Assembly (NCBI GenBank): GCA_016201505.1
Contig: JACQCQ010000013.1
Coordinates: forward strand, 5,285 to 69,284
Length of the DNA: 64,000 nt
Reading direction: 5' to 3'
Source: Candidatus Sungiibacteriota bacterium
Lineage (GTDB): Bacteria; Patescibacteriota; Minisyncoccia; Sungbacterales; JACQCQ01
A program made the position numbers and the translations under genes. Below the pieces are notes generated by a model that was not told the origin of the DNA, did no database searches, and saw only the letters and a program-made list of their open reading frames with translations. Below, in pieces: positions 55,561 to 64,000 of the stretch. Every line of letters starts with the position of its first letter. Position 1 is the stretch's first letter.

Positions 55561-57971
55561 ATTTTTGCGTGACGCGCCATAATTTCGGCTTCAACGGCCT
55601 CACGCGACCGGCCGTATTTTGCGCGATTAATTTCTTTAATATGCTCGGCTCGTTCGCGGTCCGGCTTGGGTGCGGGATAGGTGCGCATGGAAAACGGGCG
55701 CGAAGTCTTGCCGGCGATAAGCAGCCTCACGTAGGCCTTGAAATTATCCAGTGAGATCAAATCGCGGCGCGAAAATTCAGGCGCGAATTGGTGTTCCATA
55801 AACTCGCCGTCTTCGGTGCCAATGCGAAATGAGGCCATCGAGCCGACGTTGCCGAATACCGCCTTTTTAATCTCCTCTTCCAATTGACCAATGTACTGAT
55901 GCGTCATGGTCAGGTTTAAACGATACTTTCTGGCTTCCGATAAAATCGTGGCGATGGATCTCGTGGTTACGTTATGGAACTCGTCAATGTACAGGAAAAA
56001 ATCGGGACGCGTTTCTTCAGAGGCGTTGGTCCGCGACAGCGCGGCAATCAAGAGCTTCCCGACTAAAATTAACCCGAGGAGAGAGGAATTTAACTCGCCG
56101 AGCCGGCCCTTGGATAAATTAATCAGCAGAATCTTTTTTTGATCCATCACGTCGCGGAAATTAAATGACGAGGTCTGCTGGACAATAATCGGCCGCATGA
56201 TGTCATTGGAAAGAAAGCCGTCGAACTTGGATGAAATGTAGGGCACCATATTGGCGAGCGAGGATTCGCCGCCGGCTTTTTCCGCTACCTCGGTCCAAAA
56301 GGATTTAACCAGAATATTTTGTGATTTCTCCAATTTCATTTGGCGGAACTCCTTATCGGCCAGCACGCGCCGGATTTCAAGCAAGGTATTGCCTGATGCC
56401 GGATCGTCCATCACGAGGAGCGCCGCATTCCGGAAATACTGCTCAAACTGCGGGCCGCCGGCAATCGACATATTAAAAAGTTTTTCAAAAATTTGCAGCA
56501 GTTCATTGACGAGCAACGTTTTCTGTTCGGGGAAGCGCGCGTCATACTCGAGCATATTAAGCCCCATCGGCCGCGCGATATCGCCCGGGTCGAAATAAAT
56601 CACGTCATCGATCCGTTCATTCGGGATAAAGCCTAAGGCATACTCGGGCAACTCCCCATGCGGGTCAATCACGCAGACGCCCTCGCCGGCTAAAATGTCT
56701 TGGACAATCAGGTTTTTTAAAAACACCGATTTTCCGGTTCCGGTCTGGCCCACGATATAAAAGTGGCGCCTGCGATCTTCGCGGCCAAATCGGATTTCGG
56801 TTTCAACGCCGCGAAAAAGATTATAGCCGAGCAATGTGCCGGTCTTTGGCAAATCAGACGGCGGCGAGGCCTCCTTGGCTTTTACAATTTCAAGCCCCGG
56901 CACATCCAGCGGCGTATTCGGAAAATGGAAAATACTGGTTAATTCAGCGGCAGACAATACCATGAGATGCGCTTGGCTAAAAAGGCGGAACGAATACTCA
57001 AAAATTTCCTCTTTTTGGTGAGACCGTTTGGCTCGGATAAAACGCAGGCTGTTTAGATTGGGGCTCGCGAGCTGGGTAAATGACTGCTCGAGGCTTTGCA
57101 AAATAGTCTCGGCGCGCTCATCAGTCGGCGCGGAGGCGACAATGCGGAGATTCGTTTCAAAAAGAGGCTTACCGGCTTTTTCTTCGAGAATCCGAGCCTT
57201 GTTTTCATCGAGCGGAGAACGAACCACTGGCAACTCCGCTTCTTTTTTGGGGTCCTTTTTCGAGCCCACCAACGCCTCCTTAAGCATACCTCCAACCCCC
57301 GGCGGCTTAGCCTTGCCTTGGTAGTAATTATCCGCCTGTGAAAGCAAAGCCTTTCTCCAGCGTTTGGCAGCCGGGCGAAAAAGGACTTGGATCGCCGCGC
57401 CCTCCGAGACTTCATCCAATTTCGTAAATACCGAGGCGGTTGTTTTTAAGGGATCGGTCTCCAATTCGCGGTAAGTCTTAATCGGCAAGACCTTGTCTTC
57501 GGCAAGTCGTGCATAGGCGATGGCCGAATGACCCGCGGGGGAAAAGATATTATAGTCGGGAGCTTCTGCGACATCTGCCGTCGGGTAATAGGCATGGATT
57601 AGTTTTTCCGCCGTATCTTTAAATTTTTTCGGCACGGCCGCATAAAATGAAAGTTCGGCGTCTTTGGCCGGCACTGTCAACTCAAAGGCGATCCAGGGAC
57701 GTGCAGAAAACCAACCGCGACTCTTCAGATTCGCGAAATTGGCATAGAGCTGTTCCATCACGCCAATTTGCTCACGGATGCGCTCCTGCGGCAGATTCTC
57801 TTCTTTTATTTCCGCCAGCGGTAAGCGCACCAGGAGGAGCGCTAAATTGAGCCCTCGTTCAAGCCTTTTTTTCCGTTTCAACCAGGATACCCCGATGATG
57901 AAAAAACCCGCTGAAAGAAGAAGCAGCAGGATGACGGCAAAAAGCGTGAGCGGAAATAACGAATCATTCAT
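55557..57971 (-). CDS. Membrane-anchored P-loop ATPase of the VirB4/VirD4(TraG)/HerA-FtsK (DUF87-like) superfamily; candidate type IV secretion / DNA translocation ATPase
   Basis: N-terminal TM helix, Walker A YIVGQTGTGKS, Walker B FFLYIDEFH, sensor TMTHQ. Confidence 0.65.
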   Translation of the reverse strand: MNDSLFPLTLFAVILLLLLSAGFFIIGVSWLKRKKRLERGLNLALLLVRLPLAEIKEENLPQERIREQIGVMEQLYANFANLKSRGWFSARPWIAFELTVPAKDAELSFYAAVPKKFKDTAEKLIHAYYPTADVAEAPDYNIFSPAGHSAIAYARLAEDKVLPIKTYRELETDPLKTTASVFTKLDEVSEGAAIQVLFRPAAKRWRKALLSQADNYYQGKAKPPGVGGMLKEALVGSKKDPKKEAELPVVRSPLDENKARILEEKAGKPLFETNLRIVASAPTDERAETILQSLEQSFTQLASPNLNSLRFIRAKRSHQKEEIFEYSFRLFSQAHLMVLSAAELTSIFHFPNTPLDVPGLEIVKAKEASPPSDLPKTGTLLGYNLFRGVETEIRFGREDRRRHFYIVGQTGTGKSVFLKNLIVQDILAGEGVCVIDPHGELPEYALGFIPNERIDDVIYFDPGDIARPMGLNMLEYDARFPEQKTLLVNELLQIFEKLFNMSIAGGPQFEQYFRNAALLVMDDPASGNTLLEIRRVLADKEFRQMKLEKSQNILVKSFWTEVAEKAGGESSLANMVPYISSKFDGFLSNDIMRPIIVQQTSSFNFRDVMDQKKILLINLSKGRLGELNSSLLGLILVGKLLIAALSRTNASEETRPDFFLYIDEFHNVTTRSIATILSEARKYRLNLTMTHQYIGQLEEEIKKAVFGNVGSMASFRIGTEDGEFMEHQFAPEFSRRDLISLDNFKAYVRLLIAGKTSRPFSMRTYPAPKPDRERAEHIKEINRAKYGRSREAVEAEIMARHAKI

Positions 57972-57981
57972 AGAAATAAAT

Positions 57982-58368
57982 CTAAAGGGCGCGAATTTTA
58001 CCCGATGCCACTAACTTATCGAAATAATGATCGGACAGAGCGTCGTGTAAAGAATCGACGAGATACGGCGATTCGGCCGCGGCCTTTTTTACTGCAGACA
58101 TAATTCCCCGACGCAAGGCGATATCAACCAGAATTTTCACAGCTTGATCACTGGCGTCATCATCGGCTTTTTTTATAACCAGGGGCTTGGCGTCTGGGAT
58201 TGGTGCTTGCGGCTGATGCCTGACCGTTTCGCGAAAGGCCTCACGGAATATTTCTTTTCCTTCTCTCTCTTCGCCGGATCCTTCTAAAAGACGCTTTTTT
58301 TCTTCATAGCGGCGAATAACCTCCGCTTCGTCTAATTCCATCCGGGGTTCACCTCCATGTTCAGCCAT
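57982..58368 (-). CDS. Hypothetical protein
   Basis: ORF in an operon arrangement with the ATPase. Confidence 0.4.
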   Translation of the reverse strand: MAEHGGEPRMELDEAEVIRRYEEKKRLLEGSGEEREGKEIFREAFRETVRHQPQAPIPDAKPLVIKKADDDASDQAVKILVDIALRRGIMSAVKKAAAESPYLVDSLHDALSDHYFDKLVASGKIRAL

Positions 58369-58377
58369 ACGAAAGTC

Positions 58378-58698
58378 TTAACTAGATTTTTCCGCTCTTT
58401 CGATCAATTGGGCTTTCACTTTTGCGATCTCTCGGACGAGAAGGTCAGAAAAGGAAATTCCCCGCTGTTCGAGCCAGCCCATAGCTTCGACCTCATTTTG
58501 GTTAAGCACCCGGTCAAACTCGCTCCGCTCTGCTTTTGATAATTTTTCGCCGATATAGACCATGAGCCGCGCCTCAACGAGATCCGCCATCGATTCGAGC
58601 AATGCCTCTTTTTTTTCAAGCGACAGAGATTCGAGCCCGAGCTCTTCGATAATATTTCCCTGAAGCGCCTGACGAAGAGTTTTTTGATCAATGGTCAT
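58378..58698 (-). CDS. Hypothetical protein
   Basis: ORF; 4-bp overlap with the upstream giant gene. Confidence 0.4.
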   Translation of the reverse strand: MTIDQKTLRQALQGNIIEELGLESLSLEKKEALLESMADLVEARLMVYIGEKLSKAERSEFDRVLNQNEVEAMGWLEQRGISFSDLLVREIAKVKAQLIERAEKSS

Positions 58699-61600
58699 AT
58701 CCCAGGAGAAAGTTTAGAAAAATAATGTTTCATAAAATCATTGACAGAAAATTGTCCCGCCGTTTTTCGCTCATCGGCGTCGAGAGACTCAATGGTTTTC
58801 GCAATCAGATTCCGCAGTTTAACGTAGCGCATGGTATCGGCATGATTGGGCCGCACCCCCTCCGGCCAGGGCCATTGCTCGACTTCCTTCAATGGAATAA
58901 ATCTCTTTTTTAAGATATCTTCGACCTTCATACCCTTCACCAGCCGATAGTATCGTTCCGGCATATGGGCCGTCTCGAGCGCCCATTGATCTGCCATTTG
59001 ATGCGCAACTTCTACCGGAGAACCAATCACATTATGCGGTAGGGCTGTCTCGACGATCACTTGACTGTCGGCATTTACGTGAACTGCCTCCGAGATCTCG
59101 CCGAGCACAGACCGATCCGATATCTCCCCTATCGCCCCATTCCGCAATACTTTATCAAAATCGAGACCCTCGCGAAAACTGGCGACAGGAATTTTCGCGC
59201 GAACGCGAACCCCGCTGTCCAATTCCCAGGCGCCATGGCCATTTTGCACGGCATATCGATCCCAGTTTACGTTTTTCGAACCGGCGTAATCTTTCAAATT
59301 TTCAGAAAGTCCCGCAATTTTTTCGGGCGTATTGAATCGTCCTTTCATTTTAGAAAGCACGTCTTCAATTGTCTGATTCTTAAATTCAATCGTATCGCCG
59401 GGATGATAGACGCTTTGGGCTTTGCCCTCACTGACTAACTCTTTGGCTGTTTCTTCCCAAAGTTTTGTCTCGGCATAGACTTTTTCCGCGGGTGAGAGCG
59501 AATCAAAATCCTTATGCGAATCAAAATAGAGCGCCAGCGCCTTTCGTGCTTCATGGATTGGCCCTTCGCCGGATTTTACCGGAATAGAAATCGAGTCTTT
59601 GGCGGACTCAATTGTGCCGCCGGGGACATTTTTCGCCAGCGCAGGTTCTTTGACTGATGCGGCATTGGGATAGTCAAATGGTTCTTGAGGCGTACCAGCG
59701 AGAGACTCTCTAATAAGATTCGGCTCATCTGAAGCGAGCGGATAGTCTGGATAAAATTCACCGCTCGTTTTGGGTGCTACTGGTATAGGGATTGACGCCT
59801 CTTTGAAGCCGAAAAAAACTTTTATGCCAGCCCAGCCGGCCTTCATCTTCGAATCTAAGTCATAGATATGCTTTTCAAAAATAAGATGGCGCAGGGCCGC
59901 GAGCCCGACAAATGTTCCGGCACCCACACCTGCCGCCATGCCGATGCGTTTTAGTCTCTCTCGATTTTCTTCTTTTGCTTTGGCCTCTTTGGTGAGATGG
60001 CCCTCACGAGTCAAGGATCCTGCGGCTTCATGAAAATTTCCTTGAAAGCCCATGGCAATCGCAATCATTTGCTCGCGTTTTTCTTTCAATCTCTGAAAAG
60101 TCGGATCAATCCCCTCCCAGGAATTCGACATGCGAGCCAGAACCGCAAGATGCGTCATGCGCTCTTCCAGTTCCGGATAATTTAAATTCTCCAGCGTTTC
60201 ACCGCTTAGTTCAGTCAGTTTTTTCCCGCGTCTGCCTTCAAGCCAGCGATAGGTGCCGAACGCGGCGCCAATCGAACCAAGAGCTCGCCGCGCTCCCATA
60301 AAAGCCGTACCCAGAACCGGTGTAAGCGTCGTGGCGCCTAATCCGACGAGAGATCCAAGAATAATATTCCGCAGACTTTTTTTAACAAACCCTTCACGTT
60401 TCAAACCGAAATACGTTCCGATGGTCGATTCCCTAAACCGATCCCAAGTTTTTCCCCACGCTGAAACAAAGTCCGGCCCGACGGATTCGGTTCGGGCTTT
60501 CATCAGTGCGATCTCCTCTGCGGCAAATTTTAACGCATCATTACCCGCCCATTCTGCACGGAGTGTATTGTAACTAGTGAGCAGCTTCTCGTAATCCGCC
60601 GTGACGTGCGCTCGCGCCGCATCGATCGGACCGATATCCAAATATTTTTCATGCTCTTTCAAAGCTTCGCGCGCCGCATCTAATTTTTCTTTAAGGGCCG
60701 TCTCTTTTCCGGGACCCAGCATCTCGGCCGTAGGCGCCGCTTCCGACGCGCCGCCGTAGGTTTCAGCCAAGCGTTCGCCATAAAGCTTATCCATCGCCTT
60801 GGCTCGCTCTTTGGCCTCTGTCTCAGCTAAATCTTCAAGTGACTTGGCCTGTTCGGCCACATCGGGCGGCCTGCCTTTCGGCGCTTTTTCCGCCAGCTCT
60901 GTTTCGAATTCTTTAATCTTCCGAGCTTCATCTTCGGGCCCGGTTTTTTCCAGAATGGCTTTGGCCTGATCTTCTAAAAATGCTTCTAAATCGGCCTCCG
61001 CGGTACTTCGCGTTCCGGCCGATACCGGCTCGTCCCTTCTCGCCGTTCGAGCTCGTTCTGCCTCAACCTCTCTCGCAATCAAAGTTGCAGAGTTAGCCGG
61101 ATGATCTTCCAGAAATTGCGGGCGCAGACCAGCTATGGTTTCCCGTGTTCTGTCCCGCCGCTCGTCTTTTGCCTGCTTGCGACGTTCAGCTTTTAAAGAA
61201 CGTTCGGTTTCGCCTGTCGGTTCCTTTCCAGCCTCTCTAGTTGCCGTAGGCTTTTCCGCTTCTTCTGCGAGCGATCCCCAGTAGGCATTCATTGATTGGT
61301 CGGAAATGCCGGCTTCCCGTAGTAGATCGTCTTCAAAAGCTTTAACTTCGCCAGATGATTTTAAATTCATTCGTTCGGTTATTTCTCGAATTTGAAGCGC
61401 CGCGGGAGACCGTAAAATGCGGCGCACGTCATCAGCGCTCATCTCGCCCCCGCGTTTGCCGGCGTTTACCCGTGCTTCTTGGAGAGCCACCATTAAACTA
61501 GTACGCAACTGCGGCAGTACGCCGCCCTGCCGAACTATAGCTTCTAGAGCCCGGCCAAGGAGCTTCTGGTCTTCGGGAGGTAATTGGTCATAAAATGCTG

Positions 61601-62579
61601 TTGCTTTTTGACGAGTAATTTCTACTTGTTCTGGCGTCTTTTTATCTTCGACGGACTTTTCGGGAAGTATTCCACTTTGTCTTTCGACTTCGCGAGCACG
61701 AGCTTCAAGCAAGCCATTTATGGCTGACTCCGGAACTCCGAGTTTTTTTAGTATCTCAATTTCTGTAGCCTGAATCACTCCAGAAGATTTTTTTGCTAAT
61801 TTCTCGCCAACCTCTCGAATGTCACGCGACCAACGAGACCGCGTAATCATTCGCAAGTCTTTGGCATCTAACTGGCTTATTTCTTTGCCTTGATTTTTAA
61901 GATTCTTATGAAGTGCACTTGCCAGAGCACCTCCGAGTTGTTCGCTCAAGGTTTTTCCCCTATCGGCAAGCCGTAAAATCGGACCTATCCGATTTTGATC
62001 CTCCGGCGAAAGGCTTTCAAAATAATCACTTGCCTGCTCGGCAGTATAATCTAATGGTCCCCTGGCTTTTTCAGCTGCTTCACGAGCCTCTTTTCTTACC
62101 TTCGCTTCTTCTCGCCTGCGATCTTTTTCTGCGTCTTCTTTTTGAACTTGTTCCGCTAATTTTTTTGTTCGTTCTTTCCCCGATAATTCCTTGCCCCAAT
62201 CGGGGGCTTGGGGTTCATCATCTTTTTTGGTGGTGTCATCGACTGTCGGTTTTTTTACTTTCTGTCTTTTTTCTTTCGCGCGCTTCTTTTTTTCCGCCGC
62301 TTCGGCTTTCTTCCGGTCAAATGCTGTATTTTCTGCTTTCGCGTCGTCAATCAAAGTTGACTCGGCGCCCACCAGATTCCAGTCGCCAAGCCCTGCTTCA
62401 GGTTTAGCTTTAATCTTGCCTTTATGCTTCCTGATCTCGGCATTCCGGGATCGAGAAAGTTCCTCCTCGGTCGGGAGAGTCATTTCTGCCATTTTGCGCT
62501 TTAATTTGGCTAATTCACTTGGCGGCAAACCTCCAGGCAATTGCTCTTTGCCCGGCTCGCCATTTTTTTGTTCAGCCAC
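58695..62579 (-). CDS. Giant (1294 aa) K/E-rich coiled-coil protein with central TM segments
   Basis: N-terminal ~650 aa are extremely charged. Gly-rich TM helices at LGSLVGLGATTLTPVLGTAFMGA and MAAGVGAGTFVGLAAL. Confidence 0.55.
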   Translation of the reverse strand: MAEQKNGEPGKEQLPGGLPPSELAKLKRKMAEMTLPTEEELSRSRNAEIRKHKGKIKAKPEAGLGDWNLVGAESTLIDDAKAENTAFDRKKAEAAEKKKRAKEKRQKVKKPTVDDTTKKDDEPQAPDWGKELSGKERTKKLAEQVQKEDAEKDRRREEAKVRKEAREAAEKARGPLDYTAEQASDYFESLSPEDQNRIGPILRLADRGKTLSEQLGGALASALHKNLKNQGKEISQLDAKDLRMITRSRWSRDIREVGEKLAKKSSGVIQATEIEILKKLGVPESAINGLLEARAREVERQSGILPEKSVEDKKTPEQVEITRQKATAFYDQLPPEDQKLLGRALEAIVRQGGVLPQLRTSLMVALQEARVNAGKRGGEMSADDVRRILRSPAALQIREITERMNLKSSGEVKAFEDDLLREAGISDQSMNAYWGSLAEEAEKPTATREAGKEPTGETERSLKAERRKQAKDERRDRTRETIAGLRPQFLEDHPANSATLIAREVEAERARTARRDEPVSAGTRSTAEADLEAFLEDQAKAILEKTGPEDEARKIKEFETELAEKAPKGRPPDVAEQAKSLEDLAETEAKERAKAMDKLYGERLAETYGGASEAAPTAEMLGPGKETALKEKLDAAREALKEHEKYLDIGPIDAARAHVTADYEKLLTSYNTLRAEWAGNDALKFAAEEIALMKARTESVGPDFVSAWGKTWDRFRESTIGTYFGLKREGFVKKSLRNIILGSLVGLGATTLTPVLGTAFMGARRALGSIGAAFGTYRWLEGRRGKKLTELSGETLENLNYPELEERMTHLAVLARMSNSWEGIDPTFQRLKEKREQMIAIAMGFQGNFHEAAGSLTREGHLTKEAKAKEENRERLKRIGMAAGVGAGTFVGLAALRHLIFEKHIYDLDSKMKAGWAGIKVFFGFKEASIPIPVAPKTSGEFYPDYPLASDEPNLIRESLAGTPQEPFDYPNAASVKEPALAKNVPGGTIESAKDSISIPVKSGEGPIHEARKALALYFDSHKDFDSLSPAEKVYAETKLWEETAKELVSEGKAQSVYHPGDTIEFKNQTIEDVLSKMKGRFNTPEKIAGLSENLKDYAGSKNVNWDRYAVQNGHGAWELDSGVRVRAKIPVASFREGLDFDKVLRNGAIGEISDRSVLGEISEAVHVNADSQVIVETALPHNVIGSPVEVAHQMADQWALETAHMPERYYRLVKGMKVEDILKKRFIPLKEVEQWPWPEGVRPNHADTMRYVKLRNLIAKTIESLDADERKTAGQFSVNDFMKHYFSKLSPGI

Positions 62580-62642
62580 AGGTTCATGATACTAAAACTA
62601 GCCGATAGGTAACAGTAAACGAGTCCCCCAGATAATAAAACC

Positions 62643-62678
62643 CCAGCCAGGATTTCGGGCCTCCGAAATCCTGGCTGG
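62643..62678 (-). terminator. Perfect 16-bp-stem hairpin ccagccaggatttcgg-gcct-ccgaaatcctggctgg followed (minus strand) by GGGGTTTTATTAT
   Basis: Seen directly, downstream of the minus-strand ORF ending at 62703. Confidence 0.55.
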
Positions 62679-62702
62679 TGATGTGCGTGCCGACAGCGGG
62701 TC

Positions 62703-63374
62703 CTAGACGAGCGAGGCCTCGCGCCGCGGACGCAGGTTATTGTTGAGAGCCCAAGCTCGCGCCTCGGTGACACGAGCCCGGCTGATGGCGCCTGCGGCAG
62801 ACTTCCGGAAGACCCGCTCTCGGATGACAAGGAAGTACTCGGCATCGATCCGGACCGGCATCTTCCGCCCGTCGGAAAAGGTCCAGACCGTGAACGACCG
62901 CTCGGTGTTGAATTCCGAACCGAAACGGTGGCCTCGGGCAAAGTTAGCCGGCAGCCAGTCGTCCCAGTTCGGCTTGGTCTTGACGAACGGCGAGGGGGGC
63001 GGGCAGACGAATTGACGTACTGCTCCCCTCCAGACAAAACCGAACGTCCGAGCGAGCGCCGGATTGGCTTCGCGGCTGGCGGCGAGCGCTTGCTCGACTT
63101 CCGCCAGCATCTGACTTACTGGGATTTTCTCGATCACCGCGAGTAACCGATCCCCCGCCATTAGGCCAGCCTTCAGCTCTTCAGCAGTGATTCCCTCGCA
63201 TTGAGCGTAACCGTCATTCTCGACCAGCGACCCAAATTTCCTTAAGAAGGTAGTCAACTCTGGCTTCTCCAGTCTGGAGTTACGATCTCCAACTGCATTG
63301 GTTATACCTTTAATACTGCAAAAAGGCTTTTGAGTCAATCTAGAAATAGAAGAGGCCGGGAGAGGAACGTACAT
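62703..63374 (-). CDS. Hypothetical protein in the second GC-rich patch
   Basis: 223-aa ORF; the region is ~62% GC, unlike flanking DNA. Confidence 0.4.
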   Translation of the reverse strand: MYVPLPASSISRLTQKPFCSIKGITNAVGDRNSRLEKPELTTFLRKFGSLVENDGYAQCEGITAEELKAGLMAGDRLLAVIEKIPVSQMLAEVEQALAASREANPALARTFGFVWRGAVRQFVCPPPSPFVKTKPNWDDWLPANFARGHRFGSEFNTERSFTVWTFSDGRKMPVRIDAEYFLVIRERVFRKSAAGAISRARVTEARAWALNNNLRPRREASLV

Positions 63375-63399
63375 CGCTCTCTCAACCGGCCTCGGTGCC

Positions 63400-63561
63400 G
63401 CTAGCGGCGAGGAACGCGGACCAGCGCATCGCAGCCCGTTTGGGCCTTGCCGCAGTGGCCCTGGTCATCGCACCGCTTGCACGGGCAGTCGCAGACCCGA
63501 CTGGGTAGCTTCGTCGCGTCGCGGCTACCAAACGTCATGGCGTTAATCTCTTTCTTCGCCA
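63400..63561 (-). CDS. Small Cys-rich protein (53 aa; CDCPCKRC...HCGKAQTGC)
   Basis: Hand-translated short ORF below the ORF-track cutoff; eight Cys residues. Confidence 0.3.
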
Positions 63562-63585
63562 TCTCATCTCCTTCTCATCTCCTTA

Positions 63586-63801
63586 TTATCGGATTGGCGT
63601 TCCTTCGACACACCAGCAGGAATCTTGCGATACCCCGCAGTGCGTCGGACTCCGGTCGCAGTGAAGGCAGCGGCAGATTGGAAACTCCGAGTCTGCCTCG
63701 GCCACGTATGACTCCGTGTCTTTGATGTCATCCCCCACGGTATTCCTCCACGTGTAAATTTCTAGCAGCATTTTATCACAAAATAAAATAAAGTCAAGCA
63801 T
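63586..63801 (-). CDS. Small Cys-rich protein (71 aa; CRCLHCDRSPTHCGVSQDSCWC)
   Basis: ORF track; Cys cluster. Confidence 0.35.
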   Translation of the reverse strand: MLDFILFCDKMLLEIYTWRNTVGDDIKDTESYVAEADSEFPICRCLHCDRSPTHCGVSQDSCWCVEGTPIR

Positions 63802-63872
63802 ACCTGATAATGGTTGAGTAGCTTCGCAATGGTCTACCCGAATGTAACTCCCCCCATGCCTACCGATATCTC

Positions 63873-63900
63873 CCTATAGTACAATATAGGTAGTACGGAC
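63873..63900. repeat. Second copy of the boundary motif cctatagtacaatatagg-tagtacggac
   Basis: Shares tataggtagtacggac with 16254-16269 and has the same palindromic cctata...tatagg arms. Confidence 0.5.
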
Positions 63901-64000
63901 TGACGAGCTGGCGAACGTTAAAAAAATATCCGATTATTGGGTATTCTCAATCAGGCAGGCAGTTGTGCACACGGTCGTGGGTCATCTGGTCTATACTGGA

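Noticed and set aside
62510-63146. ORFs 62510..63037 (-), 62740..63015 (+) and 62928..63146 (+)
   Set aside because: They overlap the 3' end of the giant gene and the 223-aa ORF in GC-rich DNA. Their Arg/Ser/Pro-rich composition marks them as artefacts.
1-64000. rRNA genes
   Set aside because: No segment resembles conserved 16S, 23S or 5S regions. The four-helix-bundle ORF at 51509..51871 is of the type often found inside 23S intervening sequences, but here it is flanked by protein genes and a tRNA, not rRNA.

Overview
The host is a moderate-GC (~45%) small-genome bacterium, probably an uncultivated CPR/Patescibacteria-like lineage (inference). Its chromosome here is interrupted by a large accessory region and by three GC-rich patches. 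I could not run any searches, so all calls rest on reading the sequence and on known family motifs.

The window has these parts:

1. Positions 1-12700 carry housekeeping genes. These are murC (partial), an HTH-MurA fusion, a PriA with degenerate helicase motifs, def, fmt, an MsrP-like oxidoreductase and a GT39/ArnT-like glycosyltransferase.

2. Positions 12700-16270 are GC-rich (~60%). They encode a DJ-1/PfpI protein, CspA and a fatty-acid desaturase, and end in a palindromic motif that recurs at 63873-63900.

3. Positions 16270-33003 form an AT-rich accessory island that abuts tRNA-Asn. It contains:
   - two paralogous large serine recombinases, one overlapping the tRNA 3' end;
   - a four-gene cassette on the minus strand: a C-protein-like HTH, an EcoRI-methylase-family MTase, a DUF262-HNH (GmrSD-like) nuclease, and a RelA/SpoT-domain protein with a C-terminal extension that looks like a CapRel-type fused toxSAS. 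The cassette is bracketed by ~205-bp GC-rich inverted repeats, and one copy carries a nested 83-bp MITE-like insert;
   - a second ~140-bp inverted-repeat pair, with one copy inside the 3' coding end of recombinase 1;
   - a type I RM locus (hsdM, hsdS) with no hsdR. In the place where hsdR would sit there is a GHKL-type HATPase_c protein plus a STAS/DUF4325 protein. I read this pair as the most likely undescribed, partner-switching-like defence module in the window;
   - an excisionase-like HTH and a GIY-YIG gene flanked by duplicated tRNA 5' segments.

4. Positions 33054-62579 are core and envelope genes. They include rpoD, dnaG, a NUDIX hydrolase, an ECF sigma factor, an ArsR regulator flanked by three related palindromes, tRNA-Ser plus a tRNA 3'-half fragment, htpX with a tandemly duplicated 3' end, nfo, glycosyltransferases, DedA, LmbE, an M23 peptidase, tRNA-Gln with a GIY-YIG and four-helix-bundle mini-cassette, dnaX, and a VirB4/VirD4-like ATPase next to a 1294-aa K/E-rich membrane protein.

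5. Positions 62600-63870 are a second GC-rich patch with small Cys-rich ORFs.

I found no CRISPR array and no rRNA.
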